Shown in pieces: positions 34,706 to 56,939 of a DNA stretch of 64,000 bases (positions are counted from its first letter, which is position 1; every line of letters begins with the position of its first letter). The stretch lies in the NCBI RefSeq assembly GCF_009914755.1, contig NC_060925.1. One strand, written 5' to 3'. Position numbers and translations under genes: made by a program. This stretch comes from the human T2T-CHM13v2.0 reference genome, Homo sapiens. Below the pieces are notes generated by a model that was given only the letters and a program-made list of their open reading frames with translations, had not been told where the DNA came from and did not search any database.

Positions 34706-35041
34706 GGGGCTCCGGGGAGGGGCCGCTCCCCGCCCACACCGCCGCCCCGCCTGGGACAGCGCGGGCACCTCCTGCCTGCCCGCCCTCCGCGGAAGAAAGC
34801 ACAGCTCAGCGGGGACCCGTGCAGGCGCCGGGCACTCGGCACCCGCTCCGGCAGAGCGTGTGGGACGCGCCCTCCTCTGGGATTCGCGCGGGGCTCGGCG
34901 CGCAGCGCCCCGGACGGCCACGGCGCAGCCCCATCCCGCGGGGCGCAAAACACGCGACAGCGCGGAGCTCGGCCGTGCACTGCTGCTCCCTTTCCCGCGC
35001 CGGGACCCTCACCCCTGGGAGAGGAGGGGGCGCGCTCCTAC

Positions 35042-35150
35042 CTGGCCGAGGCGCGCGGCTGTCACCCGGAGCCAGCGCGTGCAGGCTGGTTCCGCCCCCC
35101 CTTCCTTGCCCCCCACGCGCGCCAGCCGGCGGCTTTTAAATCTCCAGGTT
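35042..35150 (-). other. SLC45A3: SLC45A3 non-coding exon 1 (5' end approximate)
   Basis: Donor CTCGGCCAG|GTAGGA with GT at 35041-35040 joins to the exon 2 start GATCTGAG, matching the mRNA junction as I recall it. No ATG in the exon. Confidence 0.88.
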
Positions 35151-36797
35151 ACTCCGCGGGGGGAGAGAGCATGCGCGCTGGGACTGCCAGGAGGGGGGCG
35201 GGGCGAGGCGGGACGGAGGTGGGGGGTGCTGCGAGGGGGGATAGAGGGGTGGGGCTGGTACCCAGGGGAAGAAAGCGGGAGGTCTCGAAGCTGGCTTTGT
35301 AGCCGCGCCGCGACGGGCAGCCCCCGCGTGGCTCCCAGACTGCCCTATCATTACCTAGGGCAGGGCACCGCCCCCTCTGTCGCTCGCCACCAAACATTTA
35401 GGTGAAAGCTACCCGGCTTCGCGGGGCACCTCCCCTCCCCTACTCGGAGCCAGTCTGCTGCGACCATTACCCAGGCGTGCCATTCTGGCCACCCGATCTC
35501 CAGGCAGAGCTGCTCCCTACCTGTCCAGGACCATCCCTTCAAAGGAGATGTCACATTCTCTCCGAATTACCCTTCTGCTCTTTGCTATTCTCCGACGCAG
35601 ACAGAGCTAACTCAATCCCTCTTTCTGCGCTGAAAACCAAATTCCAATTTTTTTTCTCCTTAAGAGTGTGTACGGGGAAGAATGGATGATAAATTGCCAA
35701 TGAAATGTTCTCTTTGTCAGCTGTTGAGCAAGGTCCGAACAGATACCTGTTCCAGAATGTCTTTGATGGAGTCCCAGGCTGGCCCTGGGGGTGGGGGTTG
35801 GGGGGCAGTTTTGTCTTTTTTTCCTCCATGGAGTTTTATTGGGTGGAGAGAAATCCAATTTAGTTGGATTGTTGACTTGAATACTACAAAGTCCCAGGAA
35901 GATGCCTTCGAAGGGGAAGACCTGGTTGGCCTTAGCCAACCAGGCACTGGGGCACTGGGTTCCAATGCTGGCCCTGTGTCAACAGCCGTATAACGTGGGC
36001 CAAGTCCCTTCCATGTTCTGGGCCTCTGTAAGAGGGGGTGAGCCAAATGATTTCTAAGGGCACCTTCCAGCTGAGAGGTAGAAGGAGGCAGAGAAGAAAG
36101 GGAGATAGAGAAGGGAGAGGAAATAGTGGCGCCCTGGTGGTAGTGGGGAACAGAGAGCAGGTGCCAGAGAGAGTTGAGAAGAGAAAAATCAAGAATCTAC
36201 CTTCTGAGTCACTAAACAAGTTTAACTTGAAAACTGTCTCAGCGTTGCCTCCCTGGAGCAGACACACCTCTACCTGGGGACCCTCCTGGAGATGGCTTTC
36301 CAAAGTCTTTGGCATACCCTCTCGTGGCAAGCAGAGAGACTAGGGTGGAGTCCAGGGTCTCTGAGCTGGTGTCCCCTCTCCTCCAGGAAAGAGGTCAGGA
36401 GTCAGGGGAAATTTCAGGTCAGCTGGAAAATTACAGAGCCAGGAGAGAGTGGACGGTGGTATTTTGCAGGCTTGGGAAAGAACACTGGGAACATGAGAGA
36501 GTTGTCGCACCACAGACAAGTAAGAGCCCCCCTCTTCCTCCTGCCTCCCACCACTTCTTTCCAGGGGCCCTTGTGCTTTATGCCTTATGACAGGGGGATG
36601 AGGAAGGAGAGCTCAGGGGAGTGAGCACACAGCCTGGATCCCATGGTGATCCTGGGCCCTACCCAATCACCCCTTCCCAACTAAACCAGGTGGATGCACT
36701 GGCCAGGCCCCACCCAATACAGGGTACAGTAGGGCTCTCTGCTCTGAAAATCCCCCTCTTTCTGCTGATGTAGCCTCATGTTATAATAATAATAGTT

Positions 36798-37144
<347 letters not shown>

Positions 37145-37229
37145 CTAAATACTTTGTGTGTATTAACTCATTGAATCCTTAGCACAACCCAAGAGACTGG
37201 TACCATTTTCAGACAAAACAGAGGCAATT

Positions 37230-37575
<346 letters not shown>

Positions 37576-37817
37576 TCACCCACAGCCCCTGATTACACAG
37601 AAAAAAACAGTCTCTGGGCCCCAGAAACAAGGCAGAGGCAGCAATCCCTCAGCAAGCCTGGCCAGTGACTTCAGAGCCTCAGAGAAAACCCGTACTACCC
37701 TCTAGGATGCTGTGGCATTCTGGGCAAATAACAACTTCTCTGGGCCTCACTTGTCCATGAGGTCCGCTGTAGGAAAACCACCATTGCCCTTTCCCTTCCT
37801 CTCTCTTCCCTCCCCCA

Positions 37818-37818
<1 letters not shown>

Positions 37819-37876
<58 letters not shown>
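37819..37876. repeat. (CA)29 microsatellite
   Basis: Read directly. Confidence 0.97.
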
Positions 37877-37877
<1 letters not shown>

Positions 37878-38309
37878 TACTCCCCAGCCACTTCCCATTT
37901 ATAGGAAATGGGGGATGATGTGAGGAGCAAGGCCATCCTTGGGGAACTGCTAATAGTCTAGCTGGATATTGGAGAAACCAAAGATGCTGGCAAAATGCAT
38001 TAGCAATCTCTGCCCCACCCCCACACACAGCCCCTCCTCATTGTCCTTGGGCTAAGAGCAAGCATCCTTCTCATTCCACAGAGACCAGATACCCAGCTGC
38101 ATCTGGTTGGCCTCACGGAAGCCTGAGAAGTCATGAAGGACCTGGAGCTCCCTTGCTGTTCCCATCTCTTGCCATCTCCATCATCCAGGGCCGGTGGTCC
38201 ACTTTGAGATGTCTGTGCTGTCTGCCTCAGGATGAGGGCGAGCAGTCTCTTCAGGCATAAGGGCCAGCAGCAAGGCCAAATCCTGGCTGTGGACTTGGAA
38301 GGAGGGATG

Positions 38310-41190
<2,881 letters not shown>

Positions 41191-41375
41191 TAAAGGGCAG
41201 GAATAAAATAACATGAAGAAAGGAGAAAGAAAGAGGAATGAGAGATCACCATGGCAGGTGTTCCCCTGTGTGGACTGCAACACTCCACTTCCATCCAAAC
41301 GACTGGAGTCACGGAGAGATCAGGAACCTGAACAGGAGAACCAGCCCCAGGAGCCTCCTTAACTGAAATGCTTAG

Positions 41376-41935
<560 letters not shown>

Positions 41936-43139
41936 GAGGAAGAAATTAAAACCGCTGAAAGGAGAATTGGACAGCTGCTTCTTCCCTCTCAAATCCCAAG
42001 CTTAGGAATGACTGTGACCTCTAGTTCTGGAGGTCACCCATGCCCCACCTTGACTGTCATCACAAGATGGCAGAGCCTTGGAGTTGCTGACAAATGAGCC
42101 CTTCACTACACAGCTGGCGACCTCAGGTTTGAGTGTTGCCCCTGCAGGGAAGATTTTGAAACAACAAACATGGCCTTCAAGGGCACTTTCTTCAGGAAAT
42201 ATCCCCCTGACAAATGAACATCAGAAACACTTCTGTAAAGGGATCTTTCCTCCCAATTTGAACCTCCTCCTGAGTCTTCCCCTTCCCCACCCAGACCTAC
42301 GGGAAGTCAGAGAAGAGACCAGAAGTGCCTCCAAAGCAGAAAGATTTAGCTGAGCAGAAAGCAGAGGTGGTGAAATGCTGAACCCATTCCTGCCATGGAA
42401 ATGTGTTGGCTCTTCTGCAGGCAAAGTCCACGCTGAAAAGAAATGGCTTCGGAGGGCAAACCTCCATCCGAGGAGACAGTTCGGGAGCCAGATCAGAGCT
42501 CAAGTTAGGGAAGAAGAGGTCTAAGGGAGTTTCCCTAAGGGGCAAGTCCCAAGTGGCTTTAAGCAGAGATTAAGCATGATGGGGACATTGTGAGACTTTC
42601 AGGCACTAGGTAAGAGGTGAGGCCGAATGAACACAATGGTCCTTTTCAGTTCTGAAATCCAATGAAACCCATCACAATCTCCTCTCAAAGACCCTAGTAG
42701 CTGGGTCTCTTAGCCTCCCATGTTTTAGAGGCAGCAGCAAAATGCCATGATGGTTCATATTTTAGAAACAGAAATTACAGGACAGATTGGGATTGGGGTT
42801 AGGCTGCTTGGTGGAGCTCAGTCAAGGCTGAGAGGCAGAGGCATAAAAGGTAATGCTATCTCCTTCTCCCTGAGGGTTTCAGGATAGAACCAGACAACCT
42901 CCCAATAAATCTCTAAATAGCAAAGACACCAAGGTAACTGGACTGGCTTCTGAAAAGCCTGGAGCGAGGAGGTGATTATGTCACTGTGAATACCGGGGAT
43001 TCTACTCCCAAGCTCAGATGCCTGAGGTGCTAACTACAGGGTGGAGTTTGAGACTGGGGAGGGACAGCCAGAGGCGACAGAGCTCTGCCAGCTCCACATC
43101 CCCCGTGGAGATCTTTCCCCAGCTAAAATCACTGAGGGG

Positions 43140-44130
43140 CTGTGTGCTACAGTGGAGAAAGTGTGGGCTCTGGAACCAGACAGACCCAATGCCATTTACC
43201 ATGCATGCAGTCATTCATTTCTCATTCGATGACCATTTAAGGAAATAACAGTTACAAGTCAGGCTCAGTGCTAGGATCGATCTAGTAACCTTATGCCTGT
43301 GAGTAAGTCATTTAACTTCTGAGCCTCTTTTTTTTTTTTTTTTTTAATGCAGAAAGCTTTTTCTTCTTCTTCTTTGAAAAAGGGTCTTGCTCTTTTGCCC
43401 AGGCTGGAGTGCAATGGTGCAATCACAGCTCACTGCAGTCTCTACCTCAAGTGATTCTCCTGCCTCAGGCTCCCAAGTAGCTGGGACCACAAGTGTGTGC
43501 CACTATGCCTGACTAATTTTTTAAATTTTTTTGTGGAGACAAAGACTCACTGTGTCTCCCAGGCTGTCTTGAACTCCTGACCTTAAGCGATCCTCTTCAG
43601 CTTCCCAAAGTGCTGGGATTACAGGCATGGGAGCCACCTTGCTTGGTCACAATGAATGTTTGCTCATTCTTCTGTCTGTATAGAATCCTAAATGTGATGC
43701 TGTGTGGCAATGGGGAAGATCATACAAGATACAGTTTCTGTCCTTGTGGAGATGACAGTCTACTCTGGAAAACAGAAAGTTGTACACAAACGTGACCCAG
43801 CAACATGGCAGCAAATGCAAAAATCTCAAGGCTGCAAACCAACTCCAGAGGGCAAAAATGATCCGAGTTCAGAGGGATAAATCCAAGGAAGCAGGGTGGA
43901 GTGGGGGAAGTTCTGAGCTGAGTTTTTGAGGCCAGTTGGCTGGTGATGGTGGAAGATAATTACTTATTTCTGTGCTATACTTAAGGGCTTTACTAAGCTC
44001 TTTAATAAACATCGTCAGGTTTGATTCTCACAAGTACCTCTAAGGTAGGCAGGTGCCACCTCCTTTTACAGATGGGGAAACTGAGGTCAAGTGACTTGCC
44101 TAAGGTGGCATCTCTGAAGAATGAGAGCCT
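43140..44130. mobile_element. MIR and L2 fragments with AluJ ~43328-43647(-)
   Basis: MIR core ttttacagatggggaaactgagg; L2-like ctgtccttgtggagatgacagtcta; diverged Alu. Confidence 0.65.
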
Positions 44131-45264
44131 GAGGCCGCATCAGCTGGGTGTGCTCTGAGAGCCCTGAGTTCTCTGTCAGGCAGCAGAGGAGAGGGCTCCG
44201 CTGTCACTAAATTAGTTCTGCACCTCAGCAGTGTGTTACGGCAGCAGCAGCAGGCTCAGACAGAGCCCAGATCAGGAGGCTGAGGAGCTCAAAAGGGATT
44301 TGGTTGCTGGCTGTGACTCCACAGTCTTCAGAGTGGGGAAAATAAAAGGGTCAAACAAGGGGCAGGAGGACGCAAGGGGAGAGGCCGAGAGGTCTCATTC
44401 CCATTCTCCCCTGTAGGGCTGACTCTCTGACTTCAAGATAGGAATAAAAGGAGGAGGAGTCTGCTACACCCACCATTAAGTGCGCTCACAGTATTTACTC
44501 AACCAGTGACAAGGAGGGCCAAACAAGAGGAAAAATCCTAGAACTGCAGCAAGACAGATGGGAATCACACTAGAGGAGGGACTTCCCAGGGCATCTGAGG
44601 TAAGGTGTAAAATCTCTGCCTTCTCCTCCCTAAATGTCCCCACAACTGAGTCCAGTGCAATACAGCCTGAAGATGATAGATGGGTGAGATGGCATATGGA
44701 AGCCCCATTGCAGGCCTCTGATGATGGGGGTCCTCCTGGCTGAGTAGCTTTTCCCATTCTGGAAGGGATGTCCTGAATGTGCTAGGAGTTGTGAGAGATG
44801 ACTGGAATTCCAGTAACTTTTGGCAGGATTTACTACTGTATCTGGATCTTTGGGATTGAGAGAGGAGCAAGAAGCTGACACTGCCTACTGCAAGTGGCTA
44901 TAAAGCCATTCTCACGGTCCTGATGCAATGCTCAAGATAAAAAGCAAGTGAGTAATTAATAACTAGGTTGTGAACTAACCTCTTGCTCCAAGGCATAGTA
45001 CCATTTTGCACAATCCATCCAGGCCTGCGGGAAGGAGAGACACTGGCCTGAGTCCAGGTGTCTGAGCAGGAACACCAGCCCCAGACTCCAAATGAAGCTC
45101 CAGAGGAACAGAAGGAGTTGGTGGGAAGGGCCCCTCTGCTGGGCTTCAGGGCCAGAAAAGGGAGAAGGAACAAACACAAGTAGTGGCAGAGCACCATCCA
45201 GTCATGTTGGCCAAATGATGCCTCCTTTGTTCAGTAAGAAGTGAAGAGAGAATGCTAGAACCGC

Positions 45265-46162
<898 letters not shown>

Positions 46163-47415
46163 TTAACGCCCTCTTTTCCTAGACTTTTTTCTTTTCTCCT
46201 TTAATTAATTAGTTAATTAATAAATGAATTAATTTCAGTCTCTCCCAGGGCTTCCATGTACAGTTGTACATGTGATTCACTTCCCAAGCACAAATAGGCA
46301 TGCCTCATGGTTGCATCTACCTTGTTCTAAGCTGCATAAAAGCACTATATGGACCAGCAGTAGCCCTGGCACTTTCTGTGGGCCAGGTATTGTGCCAGGC
46401 ACATAGAAATACTTCCTGTCTCTCACTTCCTGTATTCCAGTGGACTCTTCTCCTCCTATCTCCATTTTACTCTTATGCCTACCCCCAGAATAGGTTTTCT
46501 GGAAACTTGGTGGAGTGCAAAGATCACAGACTCTGGAGTCAGACAGATTTGGGCTTGCTGGTCAACTCTGCCCTTACTAGCCTTAAACTTTGGGCAAATT
46601 GCTGAACTTCGCTGAGCCTAGGTTGCTTCCTCTGTAAAATGGATATTACAGTGTCCATATCACGGGCTGTGAGAGGATCAGAGAATGCTTGGTTTAGTGT
46701 TGGACATACAGCACTAAATCATCATTTTCCCCCTGCCCCCCAGTCCCTCCACACCTTTCCCCCTCTGTCCCCCAGCCCCTGGCTAAGGCCTGCTGCCTGT
46801 TTCTGTCCCCATTATCCCACCAGTCTGTGTCCGCTTCCCCATTTCCCACTCTTTGAAAATAGCCGTCCCTTGCATGGAAATGGAGCCATTTTCAAAGCAC
46901 TTCCATAAGCGCCTCACATTTGCTCCTCGGCACTGAGAGTGGGCAGGAAGGGAATCGATTCTGCAATTTATGGGAGGAGGTTCAAGCAGTGGAGATTAAG
47001 TGACTTCCAAGAGCTCCATGGCTACCGAGTGGCAGGCCTGGACTAGAGCTTGGGGCCCACTCCCCTTCACACCGAGCTCCCCTTCCAAGGATAAAAGAGA
47101 AGAAAGAGAGTGGCACCTGAAGTCCACCACATTCAGAACCTCACCTCCACCATTCCTGCCTTGAGCAGCTGAGCAGCAGAGGAGGGCCAAGACCCTGGAG
47201 AAGCTGCAGCACCAGAGTGGGTGGGCAGCAGACCGCTATCACGGTCCAACTGCCAGGGTCGAACAGGAAGGCTGCGCCCTGTCAGAGATGCTGAGATCAG
47301 ACCACAAGCATGATAGCATCTCCAAGGCCTCCTAGCTGTTGGAAGGGCCTTCCTCTTCTCACTCACTTCTCCTAGATTGGATACAACACCTTGGTGATAG
47401 AAGCCTCATCCCCAT

Positions 47416-47657
<242 letters not shown>

Positions 47658-48979
47658 ATGCTTAGGTGTGTGCACATAGATTGTAGCTTGTTCACATGAA
47701 TATTCCTTCCTGGGCTTTATAGTTTTAAAAGTGGTTTCATGTGCAGCATGTCATTTTGTCCTCACAATGACCTTGGGAGACAGGTATCATTATATGAGGG
47801 AAATGTAAACTTAGAGAAGTAGTGGCTCGCCCACGAAGCCACTCAGTGTTGGAACACGTCCTCAACTTCTAGTTATCCATCCAGATCTACTCCTAAGGAA
47901 GATGACCCAAGGGGGAAGAGGCTGCTGGATGCTTGGAACTGGGGATGCTGAGAAAGGACAATGTTCTACCTTTGTTACCTGAGAAGTCTGGTAAAACAGG
48001 ACTTTTCTTCCCTGCAGGGAGCAGGGCAGTGGTGGGGGCTCGGCCCAGCCCTCCAGACTTCCCAGAGATGGTGGAGGAAGGACAAGGGGAAAGAAGGAAG
48101 CATTCAAGTGGTGGGCTGGCTGCACGGCCACACTCCTGCACTGCACTGCACTGTGCCCTAGCCCCCGCACTTAGGAGGGCAGCCGGTGTTTCCTCCTACT
48201 TTCAACTTCCTGTTCATCCCCAGTACCCTGGCCTTTGCAAGGACAGAGCCTTTGCGTTTGCATTTAAATTCCTGTCCCTTCTCTGCACAGCCCTGTGAAT
48301 TTGCACACATACCCCCACCCCCAAGGCCACACAGCAGCCTTCTTCAATGTCGTTGGCTCCATCAGCCCTGGTGTCTCTGCCACACGAAGGGGGAGCCTCC
48401 CACGGTGATTATAAGCTCCCTAGAGAGAGAGACCTGTCATTAGGAGCAGACTTTCCACCTCCCTGAAGCGGCTGGCTCTCCTGCTTTTCCTAAGAATAAT
48501 CTACCAGGGCTCTCGCAGACTGCCCGCCTACATGGGGCCTGCAGTGCGGATGTGCAACAGCCTCTGGGAGGAGAGAGGGTTCCCAGGGCTCCCACTTGGG
48601 GTGGGTCGCCTCTGTCTTGGAGAGCTGATGTCTGGAAGTCCAGCTACTTTAACCATGCCACCCTCCCTACCTTCTGGAGAAAACTAAGCCCAGGAAAAAG
48701 GGAGGTCAGAGGAGCTGCCACAGGGCAAGTGGCTCCTGGGGGGGCTTCCCTCTGTGGGGGCTTCCCTCTGGGGGCTCCTTCCCTAAAACGCTTAGGAGGT
48801 GTACAGCTCCCTCAAGCTCTCTCTGGGCTCCAGGAGGCTGGCAGTGCCTCTGCAGCCAGAGGTAAAACAGAACCTTCTGAAGCATGCAGCAGAGAGCCCT
48901 GAAAGAGAAACAGTCCCCTGAGGTTGGCCTGTCCTCTCCTTGCCACCATGCAGTCTCTTAGACAAGCTCCTTATTAGAA

Positions 48980-49627
48980 TCCGTAAAGAGTCAGATGGGA
49001 AATATTGCAGGGGCTATATGGTCTCCATCGCAACTACTCACCTCTGTGCTTGTAGCACAGAGCAGCCACAGATAATACAGAAATGAATGGGTGTTGCTGT
49101 GTTCTAATGAAACTTTATTTATGCACACTGAAATTTAAATTCATACAATTTTCATGTGTCATGAAATATTCTTCTTCTTTTGATTTTTTTCAACCACTTA
49201 AAAATGTAAAACCATTCATCGCTCAGGGACCATACAAAACCCAGCAGTGTGGCTGGGCGTGGTGGCTCACGCCTATGATCCCAGCACTTTGGGAGACCGA
49301 GGCGGGTGGATCATGAGGTCAGGAGATCGAGACCATCCTGGCCAACATGGTGAAACCTCATCTCTAATAAAAATACAAAAATTAGCTGGGCGTGGTGGCA
49401 TGCGCCTGTAGTACCAGCTACTCAGGAGGCTGAGGCAGGAGAATCGCTAGAACCCAGGAGGCAGAGGTCACAGTGAGCCAAGATCACGCCACTGCACTCC
49501 AGCAAGACTCTGCCTAAAAAAACCAACCAACCAAACAAACAAAAAACAAAAACAGAAAACAAAACAAAACAAAACCTGGCGGTGGCCTGGATTTAGTCTG
49601 TGGATGGTGGCATTCTGTTTATCCCTC
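48980..49627. mobile_element. MER58B-like hAT-Charlie DNA transposon split by AluS(c) at 49251-49572
   Basis: Motifs gcaactactcacctctg, gctgtgttctaatgaaactttattta and ggcggtggcctggatttag. Confidence 0.8.
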
Positions 49628-50066
49628 CATCAGGGTTGCCTCGTATTGCAGCCTCCTTAAATGAAGAGCATGATACAGTTGATTAAAGGAATGGAGGCAA
49701 GATTATTGTGTAACGGCACCCAGACTCTGTTTTACTATCTCTGGATAACCACGTGGATTATTTTTAATCCATATCTATTTTGCACTTTCATGTAATTCTC
49801 TCCTCCTCACCACAATCTTAGAAGCTAAGCGATAGCATTTCTGTTTTACAGATGGGGAAAATTAAATTCAAAGAAGTAAAGTAACTTGTCTGGGATTACA
49901 CAGCTAATATATGGCAAACCTAGGATGCAAACCTAAACTTGTCTGGTTTATTTTGTTCCTATACTTGGTTTTCTAGTCTCCGAGGCCAGCGTTCTGCCCA
50001 CAAATGGGCCTTCTCCAATCTCACTGCAATATCAGAGGGATTCATTTATCACCCAGTGAAATATTT

Positions 50067-51327
<1,261 letters not shown>

Positions 51328-52557
51328 TAAAGGTCATTTTGGGAGGTATAAATTTGGCTCCAGTTAGGACCTGAGAGGTGCCAGAGGCAGGAAGAGTAGA
51401 TGAGAGCAGGAAACAGAGACTCGAGAGCCTATAAGCCCGACTTTTTTTTTTTTTTTTTTGAGACAGGGTCTTGCTCTGTCACCCAGGCTGGAGTGCAGTG
51501 GCACAATCATAACTCACTGCAGCCTTGAACTCCCAGGCTCAAGTGATCCTCCTGCCTCAGGAGGGATCAATAAAACCAGTGAAAAAAGTAATGATTGGCA
51601 CAAAGAAGTTTGGAATAGAACAGAAAATGTGCTGTGACCACTAGAGTGGTGGGGAGGGCCTTGAATGAGGTGGAAGGGCTCTTTTAGACTGGCCACATCC
51701 AAAGCAAACTCTGTCTCTATCCTCCTCCTTCTATCTCCCCTACCCCATGCCCACTCTGGAGGAGGCAAGACCGGAGGCCCAAAGGGCGATGGGAGAGAGA
51801 ACTGGCAGACCATGCATCCAGGAGCACAGTGGCCTGTTGCCCCTGGTCACCACCACCACTGGCTTCAAAGGCCAGGGGCTCTTCCCAGCCACATCTCTGG
51901 CTCCAGGGGGAAGCAGGAGGAAGTCAGGAGCTGGGAGGTGCCAGAGGCAGGAAGAGTAGATGACAGCAGAAAACAGAGACTCAAGAGCTTATGATCCCCT
52001 TCTGTTCCAAAAGACGCGAAGGGAGGTAACCCATGTTCAAAAGAAACAAGAGTGGGAACAAGGAAAGGAGGGTTCTATTTCCCCCCATTCCAGTGGCCTA
52101 GGGCTGGGGAACAGTCCCATGATGGGATCAAAAGGTCAAGTGTCTTCGTGAGATCAAAGGTAGCCCTGGGAGGAGGGCTGTGCAGGGCCAGGCACTTTCT
52201 GGAAGGCGTTGGAGGGACCAAGGACTTTGGCTGCTTGGGGTTTGGAATCTGAAGAGGGGGTGGTTTGGTGGATGGTTTGCATTTGCTGGGCTGGAGGAGA
52301 GGGGCAGGCGAGCATCTTGTCCAACACACCCTGGTAGCTGCTCCAAAGAGGGATGCACACTGTCTGTGTCAGGCCTTTAATAAAGTAAGGAGAAGCTCAC
52401 CTTGAAAGCAGAAAAAACAGAGTGTGGAGTACCCAGCCAAGCAGTAACTGAACTAGTGACCCCTTGGGCCAAACCCTATTTGTGAATTCCTGCTCTGCTT
52501 TGAGGCAATCCCTATGCTCCAAAGAGGGGGCCTGCATCTAATTCAGTCCACTTCTGA

Positions 52558-53143
<586 letters not shown>

Positions 53144-53789
53144 CTAATATCTATTACTTCTTTACTTGCCATTAGGGTGGGGAGGCAGAAAGGAAACTAA
53201 TATTCATTCAGGGACTACTGTGAGTCAAGAACTTTATGTATCCTATTTTACTCATTGCTCAGGACTCTTATGAGAAAGATACTATTATATCTTCATTTTA
53301 CAGGTTAGAAAATGTAGTCTCAGAGAGATTAAGTAATTTGCGCAGAACACACAGCTAAAAAGTGGTGGAGGCGGGGTTTGAATAAGGTGTTCCCAAAGCC
53401 CCTGCTGTCATCACTGTTAGAGCTGCTTCAGGATTCCTGTAACCTGCATGTATATCATTTCACACACTGTCCCATGCCATGTCCACTGTCACTCTCACCC
53501 ATATATTATCATTTGTTCACTATATGTAATTTTGGCCTCCTGTAGTCCCAACTGCTTAATACTAATCATGACCATGCGTCCTTTGATCAATCCTTTCATC
53601 AGACTGAGCCTTGATTTTTGGCTCATTGTTCGTGGAAATGACCACCCCCCACCGTCATTCTTGCTTTCTTCCCTACTCCCACCTGGACTACAGTGCTAGA
53701 GCAGATTGTCCTGAGTCATTTCCAAGGAACACTGACTGAGGATCTGATGTGTGCCCGGCACGATACTGGCACTGGATAGACAAGCATGT

Positions 53790-54790
<1,001 letters not shown>

Positions 54791-54802
54791 AAAAAGACTT
54801 GA

Positions 54803-55145
54803 GGCCGGTGCGGTGGTTCAGGCCTGTAATCCCAGCACTTTGGGAGGCCAAGGTGGGCAGATCACTTAAAGTCAAGAGTTTGAGATCAGCCTGGCCAACA
54901 TGGTGAAACCCTGTCTTTACTAAAAATAAAAAAATTAGCCTGGCCTGGTGGTGCACACTTGTAATCCCAGCTACTCAGGAGGCTGAGGCAGAATTGCTTG
55001 AACATGGGAGGCAGAGGTGGCATGATCCCTCAGTGAGCTGAGATCACGCCACTGCACTCCAGCCTGGGCGACAGAGCAAGGCTCCATCTCAAAAACAAAA
55101 CAAAACAAAACAAAATAAAACAAAACAAAACAAAAAACCAAACAC
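54803..55145 (+). mobile_element. AluS with (CAAAA)n tail
   Basis: Full dimer with TSD aaaagacttga. Confidence 0.9.
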
Positions 55146-55638
55146 AAAAGACTTGAAAGGTCTCCTGCCCTCAAAGGGCTTGTACTCTCAACTGTGTTTC
55201 CGGTTTCTTTCTTCTGCCTGTTTCTCTTATCTAGCTGAATGCCATCGATGCACAACAAATGACTGTCCTGATTTTCTTCCGGGAAGACATTGCTAAATGA
55301 TTGGTGAAGGACCATATATTCAGGTTACTCCTCTTCCTGATTTCCCCAATCCCAGTCTCTTCAACTTTGGCATTTTATTTTTTTAAAGGAGAATTGGGAG
55401 GTGGGAAGCTCTTAGAACCTTCAGGATAACCCTGTTTCTTGTTTGTGTTTGACCTGTTCATGTGTATGATAGAGAAATAGAGAGGCAGAGTATGAAATTT
55501 TTGTGTTTTTTGGAGGGTGGGTGGCTGAAAGAGAAGAGGCCAGAGATTTTCTCTTGTGTAATCCCACATTGCCAGGCTCCCAGCTGACCAGCTTCCATCT
55601 CACTGTAGGTGTTGAAGAGACCATGGAACCACTGTGGG

Positions 55639-55666
55639 TCTCTCTCTCTCTCTCTCTCTCTCTCTC
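55639..55666. repeat. (TC)14 microsatellite
   Basis: Read directly. Confidence 0.95.
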
Positions 55667-56939
55667 CTTTCCAGTAGTGGAAAGAGGAAAGGTGCCCAGA
55701 ACCCTCACATCCTGGAATCTGCTCCATGAGTAACCTCTCTAGGGAAACAGCAGCCCAGCTGTTTCCTGGACCGGTAACTTCTCTCCCCAGCCCCCCTCAC
55801 CTATAGTCCCCAACTGACTGTTTTCTGAAACCACCTCCCAGAGACTGTGCTGACTGAGGGAGGCCCTGGAGGGAGAGGAAGATCTTGCAGCCTTGTCCTG
55901 GGACTTCTGCCAATCTCCCCTGCCTCCCCCACTGTGTCCCTGCCCCCAACCCCAGCCAAGCTTAGAGCAGCCGGCTCTGTCCCCAGCAGCTGTACACAGC
56001 AGGGGTGGGGGACAGTCACACTCCCTCACTCCTAGGCTGCAGCTGAGGGGCTGTGAATAAAAAGCTTGGCTTCCTCAGGGGTCTGGTTGACATCCAGCCT
56101 GTATCCACCACCTAATCCCATCCTTTGCTTGGGTTTTCTCAACGTATCCATGTCCTGGCCATGCCCAGTGGCAGGTCTGGAGGCTCCTGCTGGCAGAAGG
56201 AAATGGTTCCTGTCTCCAGGTGGGGCCGGGCACCCCTCAAGAGGGTTGGGAAGGCAAGAAGTAGGAGCAGCTGCTTCCTTTTTTGTCCTTCCCAGATACC
56301 CATGATGAGGGGGCACCAGGGACTTGGGTTTCCCAGCTTAGCTGAGAAACTATTTCCTTTCATTAAAGAGGCATGTAATTAGCTGGGGGAAATGGGAGGA
56401 CCCTGGAGAGTGAACACATCCTTTGGTGCATTGACAAGAGAGGGGCTCCAGAGTGATGAGAAGCCCCTGTTTCAGCCCCCCACCCTCCCAAACACACAAA
56501 AATTCCACACTCTGCCTCTCTGTTTCTCTATCATACACATGAACAGGCCAAACACAAACAAGAAACACTAGGTGTGCCCTAGGGTACATAGAATTCCAAA
56601 AATCTTGCTGCATTAGGAGCACTGTGCGGCAGGAGGCAGGCAGATGCAAGCCCAGCCCCAGCTGTAAGTCCTAGTTGTGCGTTCCTAGAGGTGCTGTGCC
56701 TCCTCGTGATCCTTTTCTTCCTGCTTCTAGTCCAGGTCTGGGTTGCCAGATGGACTGCAGTGGTCAAGGTGAAAAAGCAGAGGTTTCCTGGGGCTCCTTA
56801 AGCTAGGCAGGGCAAGTGGGGCCAAGGGTTGGGCTTCTTCTCTTGAAGGCAGCTTTGTCCCTCGCTCTTTGATAAGACCTATAGAATGAAAAACTCAAGA
56901 CCAAATCACTAGAAAAAAAATTGTAGGAAACACTTAGAT

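Larger units (their letters stand above)
34470..35480. promoter_or_regulatory. CpG-island promoter of SLC45A3
   Basis: Very high GC and CpG density against CpG-depleted flanks. GC boxes (ggggcggggc ~35195, tccgcccc ~35091) and a TATA-like GATTTAAAAG on the minus strand at 35133-35142. Overlaps exon 1. Confidence 0.92.

Noticed and set aside
34408-35405. Several 100-190 aa Arg/Gly/Pro/Ala-rich ORFs over the promoter
   Set aside because: An artefact of stop-codon scarcity in a CpG island with low-complexity repeats.
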